Assembly: GCA_044336985.1 (NCBI GenBank)
Contig: JBIIOK010000004.1
Span: forward strand, 1-57,447
Direction of reading: 5' to 3'
DNA length: 57,447 nt
From: Pirellulales bacterium
GTDB lineage: Bacteria > Planctomycetota > Planctomycetia > Pirellulales > UBA1268
Shown here: positions 9,501 to 17,782 of the stretch, piece by piece
How the letters are laid out: the number at the start of each line of letters is the position of its first letter
Numbering within the stretch: the first letter of the stretch is position 1
Notes under the pieces: generated by a model
The model's database searches: none
Told to the model about the DNA's origin: nothing
Seen by the model: the letters and a program-made list of their open reading frames with translations, nothing else
Translations under genes and position numbers: made by a program

Positions 9501-11092
9501 TGGTAGCCCTCGACGAGCTTCGGCGCCGGCGGCTCGGGGAATTTTTCGCTCGGCTCGAGATCGACCACCTGGTGGTGGCACTTCAGGCAGCTCGACTCCT
9601 CGAACCGCTGCGGCAGCATCGGAAAGATCCAGTGGTGGTTGTTGAACCAGCCATGCTCGTCGTGCCACTCGTGCGCCTGCTTGGGCGTGTTGGGCGTGTG
9701 CGACGACCACTTGAAGCTGGTGGCGCTCCCCTGCCCCTGGTGGCAGACGGTGCAGCCAAAGGTCTGCATCGGGTGCGGGCTCGTCGAGCCGACGAAGAGG
9801 TCGAGCCGCGGATGCGTCGAGTAGGGCTGCGGCACGCCCCGCTGCACGACGAGGTCGAGCGGTTTGCCCCAGGCGGGGGTCTCGAGCAGCGATGCCATCG
9901 CCACCCGGCGGGCCAGCGTCTTGCCGCCGCCGATGTCGGCGATCACGTCGCCCGGCATCAGGCCGGCCGCGGCGGCCGGCGACTCCGGCAGCACCATGCT
10001 CACGGTCGGGGCTTCTTGACGGAAAAGGCCGCGGGGGGCGAGGCGAAATCCGTAGGCAGCCTCCAGCTGGTCGTTTTCGTCACCTTCGGACTTCGGCGCC
10101 GCTGCCGGCGTCGGCAGGGAGACGGCCACCGCCTTTTGATCGTCGTAGGCCGGCTCCGTTGGCGAGCCCGGGAGCGACTTGTCCATTCCCTTGTGGCAGG
10201 TGGTGCAGCGATCGAACCGGGCAACGTCGCGGAAGTTGTTGTTGAGCGTCAGCTGCGGGAGCCAGATCTGGTCGACCCGCAGCGGGCCGTTGAAGGCGTC
10301 GAGCACCGGCAGCTCGAGCACGGTCTTGCCGACGTTCGGAGACCGGTCCTTGAGCGTCTTGGAAAGCGCAAGCAGCTTTTGGCGGTGGTCGGCAAGCGAC
10401 TTCGCGGCAACGTCCTCGCCGGCGGTGAGCTGCCGCAGCAGCCCCTCGAGCGTCTTGCGGTGCGTGTTGGCGGTCTGGTTCTCGAGCGTCGCGGACGCCA
10501 CCTCGGCCCGCTTCGCGTCGGCGACGGCGAGCAGCGCAGCCAGTTTCTCCTCGGAGGCATTGTCGGCGACGGCGAGCTCGTAGTCGGCGCGGTTCTTGTC
10601 GAGCTCGGCCTTGCGGAGCTTGAGCTCGCCGGCCCGCAGGTCCTCGCGAAACTTCGCCCGCTTCGCGATGTCGCGGAGCCGCTCGAGCAGATCGCCCCGT
10701 AGGGCCAGCCGTTCGGCGGGATCGGTCTGATTGCGCAGCGTGTCGACGTCGAGCTGGGCGCGGTCGGCCGCCTCGGCATCGGCCGGCACCGTGCGAACCT
10801 GATCGAGGAAGGTCTTCACGAGGGCCGGATCGAGATCGGCGCGGCGGGCCTCGGCAAGGACCGCGTCGAGTTCCTGCGTCTTCTCGGCGAAACCCCGTGA
10901 ATCCTGCTCATCGACCCGCGCGGCGGCCGACCACGTCTCGAGCGACCGGAACTCCCGCTGGTATTTCTTCCACGGCCGGTTGTGGTCGACGGCCAGCATC
11001 ACGACCGTGGCGAGCAGGAGCAGCAGTGCCGCCACGCCGAAGACGACGTGCAAGATCTTAAGATTACGCCAAGTCTGTTCTGTTGCGGGCAT
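6569..11092 (-). CDS. Membrane-anchored multiheme cytochrome c (8 CxxCH) with PDZ-like segment
   Basis: CTTCH, CTVCH, CLKCH, CYGCH, CLACH, CYSCH, CGGCH, CVKCH; N-terminal TM helix and coiled-coil-like region; VLPESPAAAAGLMPGDVI. Confidence 0.9.
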   Translation of the reverse strand: MPATEQTWRNLKILHVVFGVAALLLLLATVVMLAVDHNRPWKKYQREFRSLETWSAAARVDEQDSRGFAEKTQELDAVLAEARRADLDPALVKTFLDQVRTVPADAEAADRAQLDVDTLRNQTDPAERLALRGDLLERLRDIAKRAKFREDLRAGELKLRKAELDKNRADYELAVADNASEEKLAALLAVADAKRAEVASATLENQTANTHRKTLEGLLRQLTAGEDVAAKSLADHRQKLLALSKTLKDRSPNVGKTVLELPVLDAFNGPLRVDQIWLPQLTLNNNFRDVARFDRCTTCHKGMDKSLPGSPTEPAYDDQKAVAVSLPTPAAAPKSEGDENDQLEAAYGFRLAPRGLFRQEAPTVSMVLPESPAAAAGLMPGDVIADIGGGKTLARRVAMASLLETPAWGKPLDLVVQRGVPQPYSTHPRLDLFVGSTSPHPMQTFGCTVCHQGQGSATSFKWSSHTPNTPKQAHEWHDEHGWFNNHHWIFPMLPQRFEESSCLKCHHQVVDLEPSEKFPEPPAPKLVEGYHVIRQYGCYGCHEINGWSGPEKRIGPDMRLAPNFHEVAEALAVDPGLASMGDTVARWVEDVRSSPDGSASRERLRDAIERDAAAGGDAKLSKRSHELAAILKDPETPGTLPKVGPSLRHVASKVGFDWLYSWLRNPQDFRPSTKMPRFFGLWEHLEGKGLEESKRYEPIEIRSMINYMLAASAPFEYVKPYEGITAAPDVERGRKVFQVRGCLACHQHADFPESKSTHGPNLSRIGAKTASHPNGPAWLYSWLREPARYHPKTIMPNVLLEPVTLADGKVSDPAADATAYLMGSTENWKPADVPAANSLTAEERKATEELALMYLKDRFTAAKAEQVLKNGLGPEQATIQGDERMLAGLAGPQRDATLLNYIGKKTIAKLACYSCHDIPGFEDGKAAGAALADWGRKEPSKIAFEQAAHFVMHQLEHGHGAGGHHGSAGHHGHASEAPHAADGKSPADEPLAPELAYAAPAAKHVTPESVDPDTGFFLEKLLAHEREGFLWQKLRQPRSYDYKKAENKSYNERYRMPQFPFNAEQREAVMTFVLGLVAEPPAPQFIYKPSPREEARLNGLVVAERYNCGGCHTLQMDRWDLRYQPESLGPAQAVADYPFLSPHFTPQQAEKSLVTDRQGRRHTTLVGMPVLDPVTGKPQLVDEDGVPVEEGDTEVVPHRQVMLWHDALVDGEARIVGGQNIMVPENAIHAGKHYPARGGDLARQLFPVVIADEKQVNPNVKPDDAWGWLPPPLVGEGRKVQSGWLHKFLLNPHPIRPPAVMRMPKFNFQSSEAAALVNYFAAVDGSEYPYVYDPRLDESSVMAKEQSAPGHLDGAMKIVTNNNYCVKCHLVGSYAPPGNPKALAPQLERVHERLRPGYVHDWIANPKRFLPYTGMPVNIPFDKPVSQDLYRGTSEQQLDALTDLLMHYDLFAKRSLSLEAYLRQTPAAPATARPSAAVPAGQESPPNASQPPAPRQNVSRQPGVALN

Positions 11093-11095
11093 GGG

Positions 11096-12421
11096 TCAGA
11101 AGTTCAGCGAGAATTCGGGGATGCTCACGATGTATTTCAGGTTCAGCGTCCAGCGCAGGATCATCTTGAGCGGAAGCGAGAGCATGAGCAGCATCAGGTT
11201 CGCCATGATCATGTAGCGGATGAAGCCCATCTTCTGGTAGAAGCCGCGGAAGACGGTCACGGCGAGCAGGGGCGGCAGCAGCAGCAGGTAGGCCCCGAGC
11301 ACCACCAGCCCGGGCGCCTCGCGAAGGAGGATGGTGCCGATCTGCGTCAGTGTGCCGGCGCCCTGCGGGGCCCGCGGCAGCGGCCGATCGAGCAGGTTCA
11401 CCCAGAACATCTGCGGCAGGTCGACGTTGTTGAGCACCTCGACCTTGTAGGGCGTCCAATATTCGAACGGCCCGTAGAAATTCCAGTTGGGGCCGCGGAG
11501 GAACGTGCCGAGGATGATCAGCGTGATCCAGAGTTCGAAGAACCCGAACTGGTAGACGAGATAGCTGAACTTCCGCTCCTCGATCGAGTAGTAGCCGTTG
11601 CCCTTCTTGTTGAAGTCGAGATAGGGCATCGCCATCAGGCCGAAGACCACGAGGCTCGGCAGCACGACGCCCGCATACCAGGGATCGAAGTAGACAAGCA
11701 TCTCCTGGAGGCCGAGGAAGTACCACGGAGCCTTCGAGGGGTTGGGCGTCTTCACGCTGGAGGCCGGCTCCTCGAGCGGGGCCGGGAGGAAGATCGCCCA
11801 GACGAGCAGGAAGGCCGACACGGCCACCATGCAGATGAGCTCCGTGTAGACGAGGTCGGGCCACACGAGCACCTTCTCGTCGTCGAGTTTCTCCATCGGC
11901 GGCAGTCCCTGGGCGATCCGTTCGTCGTTGACGACGGCCTGCTTGGTGGCCACCCAAGTGAAGAACGCCAAGAGGAACACGAGCCCCACGATCGGCACGT
12001 TGTCGGGCTTCATGACGATCGCCGCGAAATTCTCGTCTGCCATCGAGAGGCCCATCAGCACGAGCGCCGCGTTGAACACCGACCAAGCCGCCATCGGCTT
12101 CACGAAGAACTTGCGAAACACGAACAGGATCGTGAACAACGCGGTGGTGCCCAGCGTGTAGAGCACCGGCCCCGAGAGCTTGTTGACGAGATTGCGGACG
12201 CTCAGCGGCAACCCGGGCACGAGGGACTCCGAGCCGGAGAGCGCCAGGCTCGCGAGGATCATCATGGCGCCGGAGAACACGGCCCAGGTGATGGCCCAGC
12301 CCGGTTTGCCGTGCTTCCGCCAAAGGAGCAGCGCGGCGATCGCGTTCATGATCGCCAGGCAGGTGTAATACGAGCCGAGGAAGCCGGAGACGTCCTTGAG
12401 GAACAGGCCGTTGGAATGCAT
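11096..12421 (-). CDS. Rieske/cytochrome b complex subunit IV-like protein with extra TM helices
   Basis: VWPDLV..E and PLEEPA....TPNPSKAPWYF (PEWY-equivalent); directly after cytochrome b6-like gene. Confidence 0.82.
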   Translation of the reverse strand: MHSNGLFLKDVSGFLGSYYTCLAIMNAIAALLLWRKHGKPGWAITWAVFSGAMMILASLALSGSESLVPGLPLSVRNLVNKLSGPVLYTLGTTALFTILFVFRKFFVKPMAAWSVFNAALVLMGLSMADENFAAIVMKPDNVPIVGLVFLLAFFTWVATKQAVVNDERIAQGLPPMEKLDDEKVLVWPDLVYTELICMVAVSAFLLVWAIFLPAPLEEPASSVKTPNPSKAPWYFLGLQEMLVYFDPWYAGVVLPSLVVFGLMAMPYLDFNKKGNGYYSIEERKFSYLVYQFGFFELWITLIILGTFLRGPNWNFYGPFEYWTPYKVEVLNNVDLPQMFWVNLLDRPLPRAPQGAGTLTQIGTILLREAPGLVVLGAYLLLLPPLLAVTVFRGFYQKMGFIRYMIMANLMLLMLSLPLKMILRWTLNLKYIVSIPEFSLNF

Positions 12422-12430
12422 GGGGTGGGT

Positions 12431-13204
12431 TTACAGCGGGCCGCTGATGCCGCCGTCCTTTCGCACGCGCCAGAAGTGGATGGCCAGCAGGAGCGCGACG
12501 GCCAGGGGGATCGCGATGCAGTGGAGCACGTAGAAGCGATTGAGCGTCTCCTCGCCCACGAACCGGGCGCCGAGCAGGCCGAACCGCGCGTCGGAGGCGT
12601 CGGTGATCATGTCGATGCCGCCGATGGTGAGGAGCTGCTGGCCCGGGCCCTCGTAGCCGAGGATCGGCGTGGCACGGGCCATGTTCGAGCCGACCGTGAT
12701 GGCCCAGATCGCCAGCTGATCCCACGGGAGAAGGTAGCCGGTGAACGAGAGCAGCAGCGTGAGCAAAAGCAGGATCACGCCGATCACCCAGTTGAACTCC
12801 CGCGGCGGCTTATAGCTGCCGGTGAGGAACACGCGATACATGTGCAGCCAGGTGGTGATCACCATCGCGTGGGCGCCCCAGCGATGAAGCTCCCGCAGGA
12901 TGCCGAGGCTCGTCACGTCGCGCAGGGCGAGGATGTCGTTGTAGGCCCACTCGAGCGTCGGCCGGTAATAAAACATCAAGAGCACGCCCGTGACCGTCTC
13001 CACCAGGAACAGGAAGAAGGTCACGCCACCCATGCACCAGGTGAAAGACAGGGCGATGCCCTGCTTCTTGATCGACACCGGGTGGAGGTGGAGGAAGAAA
13101 TTGGTGAGCATCACCACGATCCGGTTGCGCCGGTCGAGCGGCATCGGATGGCGGAAGATGCTCTTCCAGATCTGTGAGTTACGGATGGTTTCGCCGATGG
13201 CCAT
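12431..13204 (-). CDS. petB: Cytochrome b6-like (short four-helix cytochrome b)
   Basis: WCMGG; LHRWGAH...WLHMYRVF; TGYLLPWDQ; VLH...IHF; C-terminal GISGPL. Confidence 0.93.
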   Translation of the reverse strand: MAIGETIRNSQIWKSIFRHPMPLDRRNRIVVMLTNFFLHLHPVSIKKQGIALSFTWCMGGVTFFLFLVETVTGVLLMFYYRPTLEWAYNDILALRDVTSLGILRELHRWGAHAMVITTWLHMYRVFLTGSYKPPREFNWVIGVILLLLTLLLSFTGYLLPWDQLAIWAITVGSNMARATPILGYEGPGQQLLTIGGIDMITDASDARFGLLGARFVGEETLNRFYVLHCIAIPLAVALLLAIHFWRVRKDGGISGPL

Positions 13205-13242
13205 GAATCAGGGCTTCGCTGTCGGAGGATGCGGTATGAGTG

Positions 13243-14334
13243 TCAGACCGTGATGAACGATTCGGGGTCGGCCCACTGGCCGAGCTCTTCCTGGAAGGCG
13301 CGGCTCTTGTCGACCTCCAGCTGGCCGTCGTCGGAGACGCGGATCGCGTAGCGCTCGAGCGGACGAGGAGCCGGCCCCTCGAAGTTGACGCCGTCCTTGT
13401 AGAACCCACTGCCGTGGCAGGGGCACTTGAACTTCTGCTCGGCCTCGAGCCAGTTGGGGGTGCAGCCGAGATGGGTGCAGACGGTCTTCAGGGCGTAGAT
13501 CTGCTGCTGCCCCTGGACCTCGCTGTTGACGACCCAGACGCCGTACTGAGCAACGTACTTCGTCTCGACCTTGCCGGTCGGGAAACCCTCCTTGAACCCC
13601 ACCTTGAAACGGCTCGGGGGCTCGGCAAGGACGTTGGGGAACATGTAGCGGGCGAGGCCCAGCGTGAAGAGGCCGCCGGTGACGGAGAGCGCCGTGAATC
13701 CCATCGCCATGAACGAACCGAGGGCCATCTCGAGGAATCCGCGGCGGTCTTCCTCCCCTTCGGCCGCCTTCTTGGCGACCGGCTTCGCCGGTTTTGGCGG
13801 CACTGCCTTGATCGCCGGCGCTGCCTTGATCGCTGGCGCTGCCTTGATCGCCGGCGCCGCCTTGGCGGCATGCTCCACGGCTGGCTTGGGCCGCGGCTCC
13901 GGCCGCGCCGGCGCCTCGGCCTTGCTGACGGGGCCGGGCTTCGCACCCGCTCGGGCGGCCGCAAGGATGCTGGCCGTGTCGCGGGCAACGGCCGCCTTCG
14001 GGGCCGCGGCTTTGGCAGCGGCCGGCTTGGCGGCGGCGGGCTTCGCGGCCGGTTTCTCGGCCGCCGGTTTCGCCGCCGGCTTTTCGGCGGGGGCAGCGTC
14101 GCCCTTGGCCCGCGCGAGTTTCATGATATCGGCGACGCTCGGGCGACCGCCGGCGGCTGGCTTGGCGGCCGCCGGTTTCGCCGCGGCCTTTGTGGCTTGG
14201 GGCTCTGAAGCTGCCGGCTTATCGGCCGCTGGTTCGGCGGAGACCTCTGCAGTTTCGGGGCCGGAACCGCCACCCTTCTGCGCACGAGCGGCCGCGAGAA
14301 TTTCCGCGACCGACATTTTCTTGTTGTCTGCCAT
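13243..14334 (-). CDS. petC: Rieske 2Fe-2S subunit with long Ala/Lys/Pro-rich N-terminal extension
   Basis: CTHLGC, CPCHGS, GPAPRPL; internal Tat-like DRRGFL plus TM helix; start moved to ATG 14334 because the upstream ORF portion is largely antisense to purD. Confidence 0.92.
   Translation of the reverse strand: MADNKKMSVAEILAAARAQKGGGSGPETAEVSAEPAADKPAASEPQATKAAAKPAAAKPAAGGRPSVADIMKLARAKGDAAPAEKPAAKPAAEKPAAKPAAAKPAAAKAAAPKAAVARDTASILAAARAGAKPGPVSKAEAPARPEPRPKPAVEHAAKAAPAIKAAPAIKAAPAIKAVPPKPAKPVAKKAAEGEEDRRGFLEMALGSFMAMGFTALSVTGGLFTLGLARYMFPNVLAEPPSRFKVGFKEGFPTGKVETKYVAQYGVWVVNSEVQGQQQIYALKTVCTHLGCTPNWLEAEQKFKCPCHGSGFYKDGVNFEGPAPRPLERYAIRVSDDGQLEVDKSRAFQEELGQWADPESFITV
13803..13856. repeat. 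3 x 18-bp in-frame tandem repeat (AAPAIK)
   Basis: ctgccttgatcgc(c/t)ggcg three times. Confidence 0.9.
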
Positions 14335-14444
14335 CGGTTTGCCTCGCGCGATTACCAGCAGAAGGCCGTGTTCTGCGAGTCGTCGGCCTGCCCTGCCGGG
14401 AGCAAAATCAGTCCAAAACCATCGTTTTCGGACGCTTTTCCAGG

Positions 14445-14466
14445 GTTCGTGATTTTTTTCACGAAC
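14445..14466. promoter_or_regulatory. Palindromic operator, Rex/CRP-like spacing
   Basis: gttcgtga-tttttt-tcacgaac in the divergent Rieske/purD intergenic region. Confidence 0.55.
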
Positions 14467-14625
14467 TCTATTTAACTGTATCGACCGCGGCAGAGGTGTC
14501 AACGTCAGCGTACCCCGGAACCCCCCGCAACACCGTCCCTCCTTGCCCAGGCGGCAGTGATACCGCCACAATCCGCGGCCGTCGCCAGTCGCCAGCCCAG
14601 CCCCTCCTTGTGGAAGGATCCGCCC

Positions 14626-15948
14626 GTGCCCGCATCCCGCCGTGTTTTGGTCGTAGGCGGCGGCGGCCGCGAACATGCCCTCGCCTGGAAGCTCGCCCGC
14701 GACGGCGCGGAGGTGCTCGTGGCTCCTGGGAACGCGGGAACGGCGGCGATCGCCGAGAACGTCGCGGTGGCCGCGACGGATATTCCCGGCCTCGTGAAGC
14801 TCGCCCGGGAACGCGGTGTCGATCTCACCGTCGTCGGCCCGGAGGCGCCGCTCGTCGCCGGCATCGTCGATGCCTTCACGGCCGCGGGCCTGCGGGTCTT
14901 CGGTCCCACCGCCAAGGCGGCACAGCTCGAGGGCAGCAAGATCTTCTGCAAGCAGATCCTGCACCGCGGCGACGTGCCGACTGCAATGTTTCAGCAGTTT
15001 CGTTCCGTAGCGGCCGCGCGGGAGTTTCTCGAGGCGCGCGAGGATATGCCGGTGGTGGTGAAGGCCGACGGACTGGCGGCCGGCAAGGGAGTCTTCGTCT
15101 GCGGCGACCGCGCCGCGGCGCTCGAGGCAGTCGCCACGCTCGGCGGCGACCCGCAATTCTCGGCGGCGGCGAAGGGCATCCTGATCGAGGAGAAGCTCGA
15201 CGGCATGGAGGTGAGCGTGATGGCGATCAGCGACGGCCGCACGATCGTGACGCTGCCGCCCCTGCAGGATCACAAGGCGGCCTACGACGGCGACCAAGGG
15301 CCCAACACGGGCGGCATGGGGGCCTACTGTCCGACGCCCTTCGTCGATGCCGAACTGCTCGCCGACATCGAGGCCCGGATTCTGGTTCCCACGGTCCACT
15401 CGCTCCGCCGGTCGAAGGTTCCCTTTCAGGGCGTGCTTTACGCGGGACTCATGCTGACCGCGCAGGGCCCGAAGGTGCTCGAATTCAACGCGCGTTTCGG
15501 AGATCCGGAATGCGAGGCCTTGCTCGTGCGGCTCGACTCGAGCCTGCTCGACCTGCTCGACGCGGCCGCCGACCGGCGTCTCGAGACGGTCGAGCCCCCG
15601 GTCTGGCGTGACGGCGCGGGCGTGACGGTCGTGATGGCTTCGGAGGGCTATCCCGGCCCGGTGGAAAAGGGGCGGCCGATCCGCGGCCTGGAAGCTGCGG
15701 GCAAGATCGAGGGCGTGCAGGTGTTTCATGCGGCGACGAAGCTCGTCGACGGCGCCGTTGTCAGCGACGGCGGCCGGACGCTCGCCGTCACGGCCGTGGC
15801 GGAGTCGCTGGCCAAGGCGAAACTGCAGGCCTACACGGCCGTTCGGGAGATCCGCTGGCAGGGCGCCTGGTGCCGCAAGGATATCTCCGACAAGGCGATG
15901 GCCTACGAGCTCGCGGCGCCCGAGGCCGGGCCGGGGGCCGCCTCATGA
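14626..15948 (+). CDS. purD: Phosphoribosylamine-glycine ligase
   Basis: VLVVGGGGREHALAW, KADGLAAGKGV, QDHK, GPNTGGMGAY, EFNARFGDPE; GTG start after GAAGGA. Confidence 0.97.
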   Translation: MPASRRVLVVGGGGREHALAWKLARDGAEVLVAPGNAGTAAIAENVAVAATDIPGLVKLARERGVDLTVVGPEAPLVAGIVDAFTAAGLRVFGPTAKAAQLEGSKIFCKQILHRGDVPTAMFQQFRSVAAAREFLEAREDMPVVVKADGLAAGKGVFVCGDRAAALEAVATLGGDPQFSAAAKGILIEEKLDGMEVSVMAISDGRTIVTLPPLQDHKAAYDGDQGPNTGGMGAYCPTPFVDAELLADIEARILVPTVHSLRRSKVPFQGVLYAGLMLTAQGPKVLEFNARFGDPECEALLVRLDSSLLDLLDAAADRRLETVEPPVWRDGAGVTVVMASEGYPGPVEKGRPIRGLEAAGKIEGVQVFHAATKLVDGAVVSDGGRTLAVTAVAESLAKAKLQAYTAVREIRWQGAWCRKDISDKAMAYELAAPEAGPGAAS

Positions 15949-16949
15949 AGCTCCGAGTGGGCATCGTGGGGCTCGGCGGCCAATGGGAGTCGCGCTACCT
16001 GCCGGCGCTGCGGAGCCTGGCCGACCGTTTCGAGGTTCGCGGCATCTGCGAGCAGGTGGCCCATCGGGCGCAACGGGCGGCCGCCGAGGTGGGCGCGATG
16101 CCCGTGGACGGTTACCGGGCGCTGGCGTCCCGCGACGACATCGACGCGATCCTCTACCTTTCCGACCAGTGGTACGGCGCTGCGCCGATTCTCGCCGCCT
16201 GCGACTTCGGCAAGGCGGTCTACTCCGCGATCTCGTTTCCCGTCCAAGACGACGAGGTGCAGCTGCTCCGCCGCCGCGTGGAGGAGTCGGGGATCGCCTT
16301 CATGGCCGAATTGCCGCGGCGGCATGCGCCGGCCACGATCCGGCTGAAGGAATTGATCGCCACGCGGCTCGGCCCGCCGCGGATGCTTTTTTGCCACCGC
16401 CGCGTGCCGCTCTCCGTGGCCGCCTCCGCCCCGCCCCGCGACCGCGCCAGCGAGGCCCGCGACCTGATGGAGCTCGTCGACTGGTGCCGTTATGCCGCGG
16501 GCACCGAGCCGACGAGCGTGGTCGCCGTCCGGCATGCCGAGACGCCCGGCGCGGAAATCGACGACTACCAGATGATGAGCCTCGATTTCTCGCAGAGCGG
16601 CCGGCCGGGCGACGGGGCGATCGCGCAGATCAGCTGCGGCTACTACATGCCGCGGCAGTGGGAGGAGGCGGTCGGATTCCGTCCCCCCCCTGCCCTGCAG
16701 GTGGTCTGCGAGAACGGCATCGCCTTCATCGACCTGCCCTCGAGCCTCGTCTGGTTCGACACTGCCGGCCGCCACCAGGAGTCGCTCGAGAGCGAGCGGC
16801 CCGTGGGCGAACACATGCTCGTGCAGTTTCACCGCAAGGTGACGAGCCTCGTCCGCGCCGTGAGCGGACTCGACGACAGCCTGAAGGCGATGCGGATCGT
16901 GCAGGCCGCCGCCACGAGCCAGGCCGAAGGCCGCCGCGTGGGCGTGTGA
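15945..16949 (+). CDS. Gfo/Idh/MocA family oxidoreductase-like protein
   Basis: N-terminal LRVGIVGLG Rossmann motif; ATGA overlap with purD stop. Confidence 0.8.
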   Translation: MKLRVGIVGLGGQWESRYLPALRSLADRFEVRGICEQVAHRAQRAAAEVGAMPVDGYRALASRDDIDAILYLSDQWYGAAPILAACDFGKAVYSAISFPVQDDEVQLLRRRVEESGIAFMAELPRRHAPATIRLKELIATRLGPPRMLFCHRRVPLSVAASAPPRDRASEARDLMELVDWCRYAAGTEPTSVVAVRHAETPGAEIDDYQMMSLDFSQSGRPGDGAIAQISCGYYMPRQWEEAVGFRPPPALQVVCENGIAFIDLPSSLVWFDTAGRHQESLESERPVGEHMLVQFHRKVTSLVRAVSGLDDSLKAMRIVQAAATSQAEGRRVGV

Positions 16950-17069
16950 CGCGACGCGTTCCCCCGCGCCCAAGGCCGGCGAATGCAGCGAGGCATGCGA
17001 GAAGTACGATCCGAGCCTCCCTACTTCTAGGGCCGCGGTCCGCGGCAATGCCATTGCGGCGTACGCCGT

Positions 17070-17097
17070 GGAAGAAAAGCAGTATTCACGCCGGCAT
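17070..17097 (+). promoter_or_regulatory. Shared upstream motif, copy 1
   Basis: ggaag-N7-gtattcac-NN-cggcat, 81 nt before GTG 17151. Confidence 0.45.
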
Positions 17098-17150
17098 CGG
17101 CTTCGGGTTATCAATCGACTGCCCGGCAGCGGGACCACACAGGAGACAAA

Positions 17151-17696
17151 GTGATGATTCAGAGATTCCGGCGACAGACGGCTCAAAGGCTTTCCGCATT
17201 GACGCTCGCATCGTTCGTGGTTGTTGCAACCGTGGCGCAGGCAGGGCCGCCCGCTCTCAGCACCAATCCGGGCAGGCATGCGATCTTTCCCGCGCGGGGG
17301 CAGAGCCCCGAGCAGCAGCGGGTGGACGAAGCCGCCGCCTACGATTGGGCGACCAAGCAAACCGGTTGGGATCCCTACCAGGCAAAGGCCATGCTCGACC
17401 AGCAGAGCCAAGGCGCGGCGCAGCAGGCCGGCGCTGCCGTGGGCGGTGCCGTGAAGGGCGGCGCGGGCGGTGCTCTCATGGGCGTCGCCATCGGTGCCAT
17501 TGCCGGCGATGCGGGCAAGGGCGCGGCCATCGGCGCGACGGCGGGGGGCATGACCGGCGGCATGCGTTCGCGGCGGACCGTGAAGGCGGCGGGAGGATCG
17601 GCCAATGCAGCGGCGGCGGCCTACCAGCAGCAGTTCGCTTTTTGGGACAGAAACTTCATCGCGGCCATGGAAGGCATGGGCTACTCGGTGAAATAG
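17151..17696 (+). CDS. Secreted glycine-zipper protein
   Basis: AGGAGA RBS; signal peptide; GAGGALMGVAIGAIAGDAGKGAAIGA. Confidence 0.8.
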   Translation: MMIQRFRRQTAQRLSALTLASFVVVATVAQAGPPALSTNPGRHAIFPARGQSPEQQRVDEAAAYDWATKQTGWDPYQAKAMLDQQSQGAAQQAGAAVGGAVKGGAGGALMGVAIGAIAGDAGKGAAIGATAGGMTGGMRSRRTVKAAGGSANAAAAAYQQQFAFWDRNFIAAMEGMGYSVK

Positions 17697-17701
17697 CGAT
17701 G

Positions 17702-17729
17702 GGAAGGCGATCGGTATTCACTGCGGCAT
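17702..17729 (+). promoter_or_regulatory. Shared upstream motif, copy 2
   Basis: Same motif, 81 nt before ATG 17783. Confidence 0.45.
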
Positions 17730-17782
17730 GCGGTTTCTCATGCCCGTAAACGAGTGTCGGTATTCAAAGGAGTGGATGAACG

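Noticed and set aside
849-13177. Long plus-strand ORFs (849-2186, 3594-4940, 6623-8275, 8345-10702, 10982-13177)
   Set aside because: Stop-poor shadow frames of motif-bearing minus-strand genes in high-GC DNA
14335-15729. 828-aa Rieske ORF suggesting a large N-terminal fusion
   Set aside because: The extra part is the purD antisense frame plus intergenic DNA; ATG 14334 is the plausible start
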